A stretch of DNA of 64,000 bases. Source: Abditibacterium sp. GTDB taxonomy: Bacteria > Armatimonadota > Abditibacteriia > Abditibacteriales > Abditibacteriaceae. The DNA lies in assembly GCA_965246885.1 (NCBI GenBank), contig OZ251992.1:224001-288000 (forward strand), in the 5' to 3' direction. Positions 39,101-48,099 of the stretch are shown here, piece after piece. The translations under genes were made by a program, and so were the position numbers. Numbering within the stretch: the first letter of the stretch is position 1; each line of letters opens with the position of its first letter. Below the pieces are notes generated by a model. The model had not been told where the DNA came from. It saw only the letters and a program-made list of their open reading frames with translations, and made no database searches.

Positions 39101-39265
39101 GCGCTCCTTCCCCTCGCCCGCGACGAAGACGAGGGCGCCCGCGAAGCGGCGGATGCTGCCTTCACGCAAACCCTCCACGCCGTCGGCGGCCCCTTTTGCG
39201 CGCGCGGGAGGAGCGTGGCGGCGCTCCGGGACTGGCTTTGGGCACGCGCGGGGGCGACGAAGTGA
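36170..39265 (+). CDS. Ski2/Hel308-like DEAH-box helicase
   Basis: PPGTGKT, VATPER, DEAH...RG..LE, LLSAA, GVAWHSAAL, ATRTLAEGVDLP, NIAGRCGRAG. Confidence 0.9.
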   Translation: MICQGLNAPVSLAGAWQLERDAAQLARGLAASRGWEAVADEARTIVREAALWPVAARAAWSDDPRDLPMSEALQSAARALDGFAVHATNGGQAAREAGLWAALAWALGGNFPSASVALKRTFPRLDGRSSLVPLASGRGWKEGEAALVAALAPGMAPLVAGDSRFAARVAAGALEDDDEWQEELRCELPPAWFDGARAAFEGARLLSTHRALDERGGALAGHAWAPILARRMPTLLPPQKVALERGFLSSSGGAVAALPPGTGKTWLGELFLFESLARAGKTPAPLAVFLVPYVALGRGVAAAIKRHARGLGVEVRVWLSGEEDEAALPDAPTLVVATPERFDGAWRGEPKLSERLCGVVVDEAHLVSDGARGARLESLVARAQMARVRMLLLSAATGDAAALGAWIGAPPALQLQSSWTPTARRMAFWRADGSLEWHGELAGQGLLPLGEAPLQWARRELRAGSGWMHGQKQEHLVWGNVAHLARLRHETLGGAVLCLCATRRGVRGLARALAAQFPEKAEVGGALASAISLIETRHRTLLPLARLLRHGVAWHSAALPSDLRALIEQAVTNGEVCALAATRTLAEGVDLPWNQTILADWLAWDERGWHPMTGGLFRNIAGRCGRAGAFTEGDTFVFDNPLGPAAWTAPDVRAGVQRAQFLAPMDAAPRSALETDGASLDQMTATRAAWESGLMALLAWHTSTRGALELADLQAAFYLPRRDGAAWEVVLETTLNAWLTGDWARVDSDGKWRATARGLALARADVSPATAQKLLLALASLPRRAPGTVEDAAKLNAQLWHALGDVPEGSDNAALWAARSKFPARLDDAANVGRAWLEGVPVAAMFAALPRVRAAKSFPGDAALRAWLDGEDDAGCALDTADAEWTGGFDRFSDWVRAALGSWTPRLWRACGALSPLVAARPELAGWEWSRFAARFAGGVSSDWAVNALRAGAPGGRETLGAWGEAWPFPVTPADSLALLPLARDEDEGAREAADAAFTQTLHAVGGPFCARGRSVAALRDWLWARAGATK

Positions 39266-39338
39266 GAAGTCGGCGCCCACCGTTTCTTTGCGCGGCGCGC
39301 ACCGAAGGGGCAGCCAAGGGGGTCAAACTGGGGCGTTG

Positions 39339-40520
39339 ATGGCTGTTGCCCCCTCTCCCGTCGCCCCGACTTCGCTGGCGCCCGCGCATCGCGCGCCGCG
39401 CGGGTCGTTCTTTCGCTTGCACGCGCTCGACTTCGCCTATGCGCGCGAGATGCTGTTGCCGATGTCGCTCGGCCTCATCGTGCTCGTGCTGGTGTTGGCG
39501 GGGAACTTTGTGTATTGGGCGACTAACTCGGTGGTCAACCAAGGGATGAGTATCTTGCCCGTCCTCAAGCTGTTCATCCTTGCGGCGCCGGGGTTTGCGG
39601 TGCAAGGGATTCCGGCGGGCACCATCTTGGGGGTATGCCTCGTGCTCAACCGCGCGGTGCGCGACAACGAGATATTGGCGCTGCGCGCGGGCGGCGCGAG
39701 CCTACCCCGCATTGTGGTGCCGTTTCTGTTCATGGCGCTCGTCACGTCGGTCGCGGACTACGCCATTGTCGAGTATGTGTCGCCCATCACCAACGACCGC
39801 GCTCAGAAGACCTACACGCGCTTGATGAGCCAAAACGCCACGCCGTTCATTGACTCCGACCGCTACTTCAAAGCGGGGCCGTATCACTTCTATGTCGGGC
39901 GCGCGCAAAACGGGCGCTTGGAGAACGTGATGGTCTACAAGCAGGCCGACGCGACGCTGCCGAGTTCCGCTTCCAACGTGTATCCCGTCGTCATCATCGC
40001 CAAAAGCGCGCACGAGAACCCCGCGCACAAGGGGCAGTGGATTCTGGAGAACGGCTTTATTCACACCTACCAAGACAACGGCCAAGTCCAACTCAGTTCC
40101 CACTTCAATAGCACCATAATCAACATCGAGCAGGGGCTAAACAACTTTTTCGGCGAGCAGAAACAGGCCATGTCCCTCACGCGCGCCCAACTCGCGGAAA
40201 AGATCGCCGCCGAGCAGAAATCGGCGACCGACCAAGGGCAGCTAAACACCGACATGGTGGATTATTGGCGCCGCTTCTCGCTTCCCGCCGCGTGCTTTGT
40301 GATGGCGCTCGTGGCGGCGCCGTTGTCGCTCAAATACGCGCGTCACGGCTCGTTCGCGGGGTTGGTGGCGGCGTTTCTGCTCGCGTTCTTGTGGCAGGGG
40401 TTCGATGGCTGGTTCCGCGCGCTGGGCATCGCGGGCTACCTCACGCCTCTGGTGGCGGCGTGGGCGACGGACGCGCTTTTCCTCGTCGCGGGCGCGGTGC
40501 TGTTGGTGCGGGAACGATGA
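39339..40520 (+). CDS. LptF/LptG family LPS export permease
   Basis: REMLLP, DNEILALRAGGAS..RIV.P, RFSLPAAC, LTPLVAAW. Confidence 0.9.
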   Translation: MAVAPSPVAPTSLAPAHRAPRGSFFRLHALDFAYAREMLLPMSLGLIVLVLVLAGNFVYWATNSVVNQGMSILPVLKLFILAAPGFAVQGIPAGTILGVCLVLNRAVRDNEILALRAGGASLPRIVVPFLFMALVTSVADYAIVEYVSPITNDRAQKTYTRLMSQNATPFIDSDRYFKAGPYHFYVGRAQNGRLENVMVYKQADATLPSSASNVYPVVIIAKSAHENPAHKGQWILENGFIHTYQDNGQVQLSSHFNSTIINIEQGLNNFFGEQKQAMSLTRAQLAEKIAAEQKSATDQGQLNTDMVDYWRRFSLPAACFVMALVAAPLSLKYARHGSFAGLVAAFLLAFLWQGFDGWFRALGIAGYLTPLVAAWATDALFLVAGAVLLVRER

Positions 40521-43102
40521 GACTTCTTCTCGCCCTCGGTGTGTGGGTCGCCTTGATAGGTGCGGCGGTGGGCGCACGCGCCCAGAACCAGTTGCCCACG
40601 CCCACGCCGCTTCCCGCCACACCTGCGCCACTCCCGACCGCGACTGCGCTTCCCTCGAAAACGCCTACGGTTGCCGCCACCCCGTCGCCTGCCTCGCTTC
40701 CCAGCGTCGTGCCGAACGCGCCCACGCGCATTGCGCCCGACGACTCGCAGCCCATTCGCGGCTTTGGCGACCCCAACCGCGTCATTCTGCCCGCGCCGGT
40801 CGTCGCGCCAACGGCCACGCCCGCGCCCACTGTCGCGCCCATCCCAACAGGGGTTCCCGAACCCATCGGCGGCGTGGGAGATGTGACGGGCACCGAAACG
40901 CCCGACAGCGACTTTTCGCTCGACTCCCCCGGCGGCCTCTTGTACGACATGGAGCGCGGCCTGACCCTCGCACAGGGCGCCGTGACGTTCCGCTACCGCA
41001 ACTTCCTCGTGCACGGAGACCGGGGCGTCATCAACAACGCCACCCGCGAAGCCACACTTTCCGGCAATCTGACGGTCAAGGCCACCGTAGGCGGCGCCAG
41101 CCAGACCTTTACCGGCCAGTCGCTCGTGTTCAACCTTGATACGGGCAAGTGGCTGCTCTCGCAACTGCGGACGACGTTTCCGCCCGACTACTTCCCGCCC
41201 GGCACTGTCTTGGCGAACCTCTACGAGACCAACGGCACAGTGCGCGGCCAAGGCGAGGGGGCGCGCGGCGAGAACTTCCGCTTCTCGTCGTGTGACCGCG
41301 ATCACTATTACATCCGCTCGAACCGCATCGAGTTCACGCGCACGCCGGGCGGCCAACCGCAGCGCATCATCCTTCGCAAGAACGCCCTTTTCGTCTTTGG
41401 CCGCGAGATTTTGCCGCTCCCGGTCTACGCCATTTCCCTGCTCGGCGAGCGCTCGCGCCGCCAGCCGCTCCAAACTACCTTCGGCGAGAACGCCATTGAC
41501 GGCTATTTCGCCAAGTCCATCTACGACCTGCGCGCAACCGCCAAAGCGACTGATTCCGTCCTGCTCGATGCCCTGTCCAAGCGCGGCTTGGGCTTGGGCT
41601 TGCAACGCGAGTTCGTCGGGGGCGGGCTGCTGTATCTCTACGCCGTGTCGGGCAAGAGCGGCGGGCGCGAAATCAACTCGCGCGTGCAAAAGCGCATCCC
41701 CATCTCGCGCCAGACGTTTTCGGACGTGAACTTCCAGACCACGCAAAACAACTCGCTGTCGGGCTACGGCATCGCCTCGCGCACCGGCAGCTTCTCGCTT
41801 CAAAACGCCGGGAACCGCTCGCAATCGAGCGCGAACTACAACTTCGACTCCTCGCACTACTCCACGTCCGGCTCGCGCACCGATTCCCTCTTGCTCCAAC
41901 ACACGCAGCGATTCGGCGGCGGCTACAGCCTCATCGCGACGGGCGACCTCAACCAGTCGCAGTTCTCTTCTTCCGCCACCGATGCCACCCCCGTGCCCAA
42001 GAACCAGACCGGCGATCTGAACGTGCAGCTGGGCAAGAACAGCCGCGCCTTCGACCTGTTCCTGCGCACCGAACTGCACAACGACTTTGCGCGTGGTAAC
42101 AAAGCGTTCCAACTCGAACGCTTGCCGGAACTGCTGCTTCAATCCGACAGCCGCCGCTTGCAACTGGGCGCGCTCAACCATGTGGTGCCGGGCACGCTCA
42201 CCTTTGGCGTGGGCACTTTCAACGAGCCATCCTTTGGCGGCAGCAGTAGCACCGGCGCCGTCGGTGGCCAAAAGAGCCGCGCCGACTTCTTTTACAACTT
42301 TAGCGAACGCTCGCTTAAGCTCGTCGGCACCCCCAAGAACGGTTCCCTCCTGCGCGCGGCGGGCACCTTCGAGCAAGCGTTCTACTCCGACAGCACCGCG
42401 CGCTACAACTACGCTTACAACCTCAACAACACCAGCAACCTTGGCCCCATCCAAGTCGCCGTCAACTACAACAAGCAGCGCACCTACGGCTTCACGCCGT
42501 TCCAGTTCGACTACTCCACGCCCGGCGAAAACGTGGACTACACCGCGTCGGTCGGACGCGGCGAGAACTTCCGCCTCAACCTGAGCGGCGGGCGCGACAT
42601 CCAGCACTCCTACACCCGCGACATCCTCACCAACCTTCAGTGGATTCCCACGCGCGGCGCCTACGTGTCGCTGGGCACCAGCTACGGCCTGCAAGCCGAG
42701 CGCAAGAACAAGTTCGGCGACATCTACGGCAACTTGCGCTTTTCCCGCGCCGAATCGGGAAGTTTCGGCGGACGCTTCGCGCTCGGCTTCCGCTACACCC
42801 CGTCGGGCACCGGGCGCAACCAAGGGCTAACGCGCGTCAACGGCTCCTTCGACGGCAACATCTCGCGCAAAATCCGCTTTCAGGCTCTGGCGGGATACGA
42901 TGGCATCAGCCGCCGCTTCGATTTCCAGCAATACCGCGCCATCGTGGACTTGCACTGCGTCAACCTCTTCACCACCTACGACGGCTCGCGCAAGGAACTC
43001 CGCTTCGATCTGGCCCTCAAAGCCTTCCCCTTCGCCGACACCCGCTTCGGGCGCAACGGCTTTTCGCAAGGCTTCGACGCGGGCGTGGGCGAAGTCCGCT
43101 AA
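40517..43102 (+). CDS. LptD-like outer-membrane LPS assembly protein
   Basis: Signal peptide, Pro-rich linker, OstA-like region, FSSC...HY.I, long beta-barrel; ATGA overlap with lptF/G. Confidence 0.78.
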   Translation: MRLLLALGVWVALIGAAVGARAQNQLPTPTPLPATPAPLPTATALPSKTPTVAATPSPASLPSVVPNAPTRIAPDDSQPIRGFGDPNRVILPAPVVAPTATPAPTVAPIPTGVPEPIGGVGDVTGTETPDSDFSLDSPGGLLYDMERGLTLAQGAVTFRYRNFLVHGDRGVINNATREATLSGNLTVKATVGGASQTFTGQSLVFNLDTGKWLLSQLRTTFPPDYFPPGTVLANLYETNGTVRGQGEGARGENFRFSSCDRDHYYIRSNRIEFTRTPGGQPQRIILRKNALFVFGREILPLPVYAISLLGERSRRQPLQTTFGENAIDGYFAKSIYDLRATAKATDSVLLDALSKRGLGLGLQREFVGGGLLYLYAVSGKSGGREINSRVQKRIPISRQTFSDVNFQTTQNNSLSGYGIASRTGSFSLQNAGNRSQSSANYNFDSSHYSTSGSRTDSLLLQHTQRFGGGYSLIATGDLNQSQFSSSATDATPVPKNQTGDLNVQLGKNSRAFDLFLRTELHNDFARGNKAFQLERLPELLLQSDSRRLQLGALNHVVPGTLTFGVGTFNEPSFGGSSSTGAVGGQKSRADFFYNFSERSLKLVGTPKNGSLLRAAGTFEQAFYSDSTARYNYAYNLNNTSNLGPIQVAVNYNKQRTYGFTPFQFDYSTPGENVDYTASVGRGENFRLNLSGGRDIQHSYTRDILTNLQWIPTRGAYVSLGTSYGLQAERKNKFGDIYGNLRFSRAESGSFGGRFALGFRYTPSGTGRNQGLTRVNGSFDGNISRKIRFQALAGYDGISRRFDFQQYRAIVDLHCVNLFTTYDGSRKELRFDLALKAFPFADTRFGRNGFSQGFDAGVGEVR

Positions 43103-43111
43103 GGGCACGTT

Positions 43112-44026
43112 TTACGCGGGGCTTTGCGCGAAGTAGCCGTTGTCGCGCATATCCGCCAGCAATTCCGGGCCTTGCGGACGCCAGTTGAACGCTTCGCGCG
43201 TGATGGCGCTCGAAGCCGGGGTGTCCAGCCCGACGAAACCCGCCATCCAGCCGAAGTGGGGGGCCGCTTCTTCCGCGCTGAGGCTGCGTGTGGGCAAGTT
43301 CAGCCCGGCGCCAATGGTCTGCGCGATGGCCCGCATGGGCACGCCTTCCTCGGCGACGGCGTGCAAGCGCGTTCCCGGCGCGGCGTGTTCGAGCGCCAGC
43401 AGATACAAGCGCGCCGCGTCCAAGCGATGGACGGCACACCAACGATTCGCGCCGTCGCCCACATAAGCCGCGACCCCCGTCCCGCGCGCGACGTCAATGA
43501 TCATCGGCACGAAGCCCTTCTCACCCGCGCCATGCACGGTCGGCGGCAGACGAATGACGCTCACCCGCACACCGCGCGCGGCGGTGGCGAGCGCCGCCAC
43601 TTCCGTTTCGCCGCGCTTGTAAGCAGTGTTCCCCGTCGGGTGCGCGTCCTCTTCTGTAGCCACGCGCCCCGGCGCGATCATCGCCAGACCCGACGACAGG
43701 ACGAACGGTTTGCCCGTGCCTTCGAGGGCGCTTGTCATCGCTTCGACCGCACGGCGGTCTGTCTCGATGGCGGCCACAAAGTTCGTCATGTCGGCGAAGT
43801 CGTGGATGAAGGCGGTATGAATTACGCCGTCGCACGCCCGCGCGCCCGCCACGAGACCGTCGGTGTCCAGCAAGTCGCCCCGGTGCACTTCGATGCCGCG
43901 CCGCGTCAGCATCGCCGCTTTCTCCTCATCCCGCGCCAGCCCCACCACTTGATGCCCTGCCGCCAATAGTTCCCCCGCGATGGCGCTGCCTATAAAGCCC
44001 GTCGCGCCCGTTAAGAAAATCCGCAT
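43112..44026 (-). CDS. NAD-dependent epimerase/dehydratase (atypical SDR)
   Basis: MRIFLTGATGFIG, VIHTAF.HDF, RLPP.VHG, AVHRLDAA. Confidence 0.93.
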   Translation of the reverse strand: MRIFLTGATGFIGSAIAGELLAAGHQVVGLARDEEKAAMLTRRGIEVHRGDLLDTDGLVAGARACDGVIHTAFIHDFADMTNFVAAIETDRRAVEAMTSALEGTGKPFVLSSGLAMIAPGRVATEEDAHPTGNTAYKRGETEVAALATAARGVRVSVIRLPPTVHGAGEKGFVPMIIDVARGTGVAAYVGDGANRWCAVHRLDAARLYLLALEHAAPGTRLHAVAEEGVPMRAIAQTIGAGLNLPTRSLSAEEAAPHFGWMAGFVGLDTPASSAITREAFNWRPQGPELLADMRDNGYFAQSPA

Positions 44027-44081
44027 ATTGCTTCTCCAGTGTGTTGCGCCCCACACGGGGCGCCTTTTCTAATATACCCGC

Positions 44082-44687
44082 CTACACCCGCGCGAAGTTG
44101 TCCAGAATCCGTAGGCCGATGGCCGACGATTTTTCGGGGTGGAACTGCGCGCCGAAGATATTGCCGCGCTCCACGCCCGCCACAAAGGTGCCGCCGTGAT
44201 GCGCCGTCGCCGCAACGATGGCCGGGTCTTCGGGCAGGACGTGGTAGGAATGGACGAAGTAGGTCATATCGCCCGCTTCCAACCCGGCGAACAAGCGGGA
44301 CGGGCGCGGCAACGATAGGCCGCTCCACCCCATGTGCGGGATTTTAAGAGCTGGCGCGTCCGCGAACCGCCTTACACCGCCGCCCAGAATTCCCAAGCCG
44401 CCAAACACGCCCAACTCCTCGCTCCAATCGAAGAGCAGTTGCATCCCCAAACACACCCCCAGAAGCGGCTTGCCCATCCGCGCATGCTCGACTATGGGAT
44501 CAATCAGCCCCTTGGCCGCCATGTTCCTCATAGCTTCGCCGAACGCGCCCACCCCCGGCAACACCAACTTTTCGGCGCCCGCCACCTCGTCCGCGTCGGC
44601 GGTCACGCGCGTCGCGTGCCCCAAGTGCTCAAAGGCTTTTTGCACCGAGCGCAGGTTGTTGACCGAGTAATCGAGGATGGTAATCAT
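44082..44687 (-). CDS. hisH: Imidazole glycerol phosphate synthase, glutaminase subunit
   Basis: NLRSV, LPGVGAF, GVCLGMQ, PHMGW, YFVHSY, QFHPEKS. Confidence 0.97.
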   Translation of the reverse strand: MITILDYSVNNLRSVQKAFEHLGHATRVTADADEVAGAEKLVLPGVGAFGEAMRNMAAKGLIDPIVEHARMGKPLLGVCLGMQLLFDWSEELGVFGGLGILGGGVRRFADAPALKIPHMGWSGLSLPRPSRLFAGLEAGDMTYFVHSYHVLPEDPAIVAATAHHGGTFVAGVERGNIFGAQFHPEKSSAIGLRILDNFARV

Positions 44688-44739
44688 AAAGAGAACAAAA
44701 GCCGCAAGCGCGCTTCGACTTCCAAGCGCCCGCCGCCTT

Positions 44740-44964
44740 TCAAGAAGTGGCCTCGTAGGGTCTGCCATCTTCGCGCGTGTAAACGTCTTCGGCGGGGTCA
44801 GTCCAATAATTGAACAATGGGGTGCTCATCGCGGTAAGTACTTCGGTCGGCACTTTAATCGACACGCGGACTTGACCGGCGGGAGCGCCTGCAAAAGGTT
44901 CGACGCGCAGGACGCCGTTTTCGTCTATAGTGCCAGTGGTTTCAAATGTCTGGAAAGAGGTCAT
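44740..44964 (-). CDS. Small hypothetical protein, antitoxin-like
   Basis: ATGA overlap with the hisB stop; GTIDENGVL...VRV N-terminus and acidic YWTDPAEDVYT.EDG tail. Confidence 0.6.
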   Translation of the reverse strand: MTSFQTFETTGTIDENGVLRVEPFAGAPAGQVRVSIKVPTEVLTAMSTPLFNYWTDPAEDVYTREDGRPYEATS

Positions 44965-45566
44965 TTCGCTTCTCCTAAGACGCCCTTCGTTGTGGGCAGT
45001 TCGTCGCCCTCGACGGAAAGGGCCGCCTTCATGGCGCGGGCGAGAGCTTTAAACGCCGCTTCAAGGGTGTGATGCGCGTTTCCGCCCGCTTCCTGCTTGA
45101 TATGCAGGTTAATGCGCGCGTTGTTGGCGAGCGCCACGAAGAACTCGCGCGCCAGATGGGTGTCGAAGTCGCCGATGCGCTCTTGGTTCAAGTCCCAATC
45201 CAGTCGCAAGAACGCGCGCCCGCAAAAGTCAACGGCGGCCAGCAGGAGCACCTCGTCCATCGGCGCGAAGAAGAAGCCGTAGCGCGCGATGCCGCGCTTA
45301 TCCCCGACCGCCTCGTCCAGCGCCAAGCCGAGCGCGATGCCCAAATCTTCGACCAAGTGGTGCCCATCTATATAGATGTCGCCCGTCGCGCGGATGGACA
45401 GGTCAAAGCGCCCGTGACGGCTCCACTGCTCCAGCATGTGCCCCCAAAACGGCAGCCCCGCTTCCGTTGGCAGTTGGATGTCAAAGCGCCCCTGCCCATC
45501 GAGGTTGAGGGCCAACTCTATTTGCGTTTCGTTCGTGTGGCGAGAAATGGAAGCGGTGCGCGGCAT
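44961..45566 (-). CDS. hisB: Imidazoleglycerol-phosphate dehydratase
   Basis: R.TNETQI, DGHHLVED, PMDE, NAHHTLEA.FKA. Confidence 0.97.
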   Translation of the reverse strand: MPRTASISRHTNETQIELALNLDGQGRFDIQLPTEAGLPFWGHMLEQWSRHGRFDLSIRATGDIYIDGHHLVEDLGIALGLALDEAVGDKRGIARYGFFFAPMDEVLLLAAVDFCGRAFLRLDWDLNQERIGDFDTHLAREFFVALANNARINLHIKQEAGGNAHHTLEAAFKALARAMKAALSVEGDELPTTKGVLGEAK

Positions 45567-45596
45567 AAGTCATAGTGTGGCGCGCCCGCCCAACTT

Positions 45597-46862
45597 CTAA
45601 CCGCTCGCGCCCGGATTGTAGATGGCGCCCTCGAACAAACGCGCGCCACTGCTTTCCTCCACCAAGGCCACGACAAAGGGGCGGTCAAACTTCAACACCT
45701 TGGGCGGCTCCGGCTTCATCATTGCCGCGCCCGCCATGCCCACAACCGTTGCCGCCGCCGCGACCGTGCCCTCTTCGTCCACCCTCATTTTGCAGACATG
45801 GAGCACCTCGGCAATGCCAAAAGCAGGCTGACCCATCGCGCTGAAATCCGCCTTTGGGTCGAACGGGAGTGGCGCGATTTTCGCCAAATCGGGCGCCACA
45901 TCCGCGCGCCACTGCACATCGAAGCGCGGGAGCGACAGGATGACTGTGCCGTTCGCGTTCAGTTGGCGCGACTTCTGCGCTTCCAATTCTCGTATCACGT
46001 CGGCGGGCGTTTTCCCTGCCTTGGGAAGGAGCACCCACAGCGCGCAACTGGTGTTTCCATAAGCGAGGCGCGCGCCCTCAAACGAGCCGCCCGCCAAATA
46101 AGCGTGCTCGCGATGCGCGTTCATCGTGGGAAGGCGCACCATCCCCCCATTGGCCAAGTGAAACGGCGCCGGTTTGGTTTGCGTCTTGTCGAAAACATCC
46201 TTCCAACCGCCCTTGAAATACACCGCGTTTACCAGCAAGGCGCTTTTCCCCTCGACATCGCCCCTTTCCACGATGTGCGTAATCTCCTTCTTGGTGTGCG
46301 CGCCCACCCAAGCGTTGATGCGCGCCGCGCCATCGGCAGGATTCGCGGCGGCAAACTGTTCGACGCCCGCGCCAAAGTCCGCCTTGGCGCCCGCCACGAA
46401 CGCCGGAGTGGGCGTAAAAGTATCGGCCAGCCACAGCGAATTGGCGACAGAAATCGTCGCGCCCTTTTGCGCCGAGAGTAGCGCATTGAAGGCGCGGTTC
46501 TGTGCGCCGATTTGCGCGTCCGGCAACTTCTGGAGCGAGAGCAGGCCGCTCATCTGCGCTTTCGTTGCTCCCCGCGCGCCCGTCGCCGTAAGGGTGAGCG
46601 CCTGCCATAAACTCGTCGGCGACGCCAGCAGGTTGCGGTGCTCCTTGTTGCGGCCTTCCAAGTCCGTAAGCAGGCGCGCGCCGAACTCATTCTGCGCGCC
46701 AACAAGGGCCGAGGCTTCTCCCGCGCGGGCAGCGACCGTTGCGTAATCCATCGTTTTCCCGGAATCCGGCGCACCCAAGTGGGGCAACGTCGCGGGCGCC
46801 CCACACGACGCGACGCCGCAGCACAACAAGCAAGGCACAAACAGCCAAACACGGGAGTTCAT
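45597..46862 (-). CDS. Serpin, predicted lipoprotein
   Basis: Lipobox-like VASC; SPTSL, INAWV..HT, LVNAVYFKG.W, DEEGTVAAAAT, FDRPF. Confidence 0.95.
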   Translation of the reverse strand: MNSRVWLFVPCLLCCGVASCGAPATLPHLGAPDSGKTMDYATVAARAGEASALVGAQNEFGARLLTDLEGRNKEHRNLLASPTSLWQALTLTATGARGATKAQMSGLLSLQKLPDAQIGAQNRAFNALLSAQKGATISVANSLWLADTFTPTPAFVAGAKADFGAGVEQFAAANPADGAARINAWVGAHTKKEITHIVERGDVEGKSALLVNAVYFKGGWKDVFDKTQTKPAPFHLANGGMVRLPTMNAHREHAYLAGGSFEGARLAYGNTSCALWVLLPKAGKTPADVIRELEAQKSRQLNANGTVILSLPRFDVQWRADVAPDLAKIAPLPFDPKADFSAMGQPAFGIAEVLHVCKMRVDEEGTVAAAATVVGMAGAAMMKPEPPKVLKFDRPFVVALVEESSGARLFEGAIYNPGASG

Positions 46863-46868
46863 GCCCCG

Positions 46869-48099
46869 TTAGACTGCTGCGCAGTCCCCGATGTTCCCCC
46901 GCCCCCGCGTTATTTTTCCAAGGGTCGCCGACGGATCGTATACCACCCCCACGAATAACCGCGCCCCGCTTGTTTCCTCCACCAGCGCCACGACGAACGG
47001 ACGATTAAAGACGAGGGGCGTTGGCTCTGGTGGTCTAGGCCCGCCGCGCGATTTAGTAACGGCGGTCGCGGCGGCAGCAACGGTGCCCTCTTCGTCCACG
47101 CGCATCTTGCAAACATGAAGCACCTTCTCAATTCCTGCCGAAGGCGTTCCCATCGCGTGGAAGTCGGCGAGCGCTCCAAAGGGCGTCGGAGCGCCCAGCG
47201 CGACCAAATCGGCCACCATTTGCGCGCCACTCCATTTCAAAGCGCGGCAGCCATAATTCTACCAAGCCACCAGACGTGGGCCGTTGCCATGCCGCTTCGC
47301 CCAACTCGCGCAGCACTTCGAGGGGCGAGGCTCCCCTGTGCGGCAGCAGAACCCACAGCGCGCAACTCGTGTTTCCATAAGCGAGGCGCGCGCCCGCAAA
47401 ACTGCGGCCCGTCAAAAGCGCGTGACTTTGCCGCCCATGCATCATCGGCACTTCGATTTGCGCCCCGTCATGGAGATAAAAAGGCGCGGGGCGCGTTAGA
47501 GCGGGGTTGAACTCATACGCCCACGTCCCGCGAAAGTAGAGCGCGTTCGCTAAAACGCTGGCCGCGCCCGCGACATCGGCGGCGTCCAGCACTTGCGGGA
47601 TTTCGCCGCGCGTTTGGTCGGAAAACCAATTATTGATGCGCGCGGCACCCGCCTTCGGGTTGGCACTCGCAAAGGTGGCGATGTGAGCGTCGAAGTCGTG
47701 GCGCGCACGCTCGACGAACGCGGGGGCAACGCGAAAATAGTCGGCGAACCACGCGGAGTTCGCCAACGCAATGAAAGCGCCCGTTTGCTCTTGAAGCAGG
47801 GCGACAAAAGCGCGGTTCGCCGCGCCGAAGTCACCTTCGCCCTCCGTGTCCAGAGCCAATAGCGCGCGCAGTTCCGCTTGCGTCGTTCCGCCCGCGCCCG
47901 CTTCGGCCAAGGCGAGAGCTTGCCACAGGCTCGGCGCGGAGCATAGGATATTGGCGTGGGCGGGGTTGCGCTCTTCCAAGCGTTCGAGAAGGCGCGTGCC
48001 AAAGCGGTTCTGCGCCCGCGCAACTACCCTGACATCCTTGGCCAAATCGTAGGTGAGCGCGTCATCGCTCCAACTGAGGTCGTAAGTTACCGATGCCAT
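46869..48099 (-). pseudogene. Second serpin, frameshifted near 47220
   Basis: N-part (LANALYFRGTW...LPRFEMEWRA) and C-part (MVADL...DEEGTVAAAAT...FNRPF) lie in different frames. Confidence 0.85.

Noticed and set aside
38463..39338. Long N-terminal extensions in the ORF track (lptF/G, HAD, coaBC, GHMP kinase, dgt)
   Set aside because: They overlap neighbouring genes; family homology begins at the downstream ATGs used in the features.
47210..47230. Programmed ribosomal frameshift in the serpin
   Set aside because: No slippery heptamer or homopolymer at the junction; a mutation or sequencing error is more likely.
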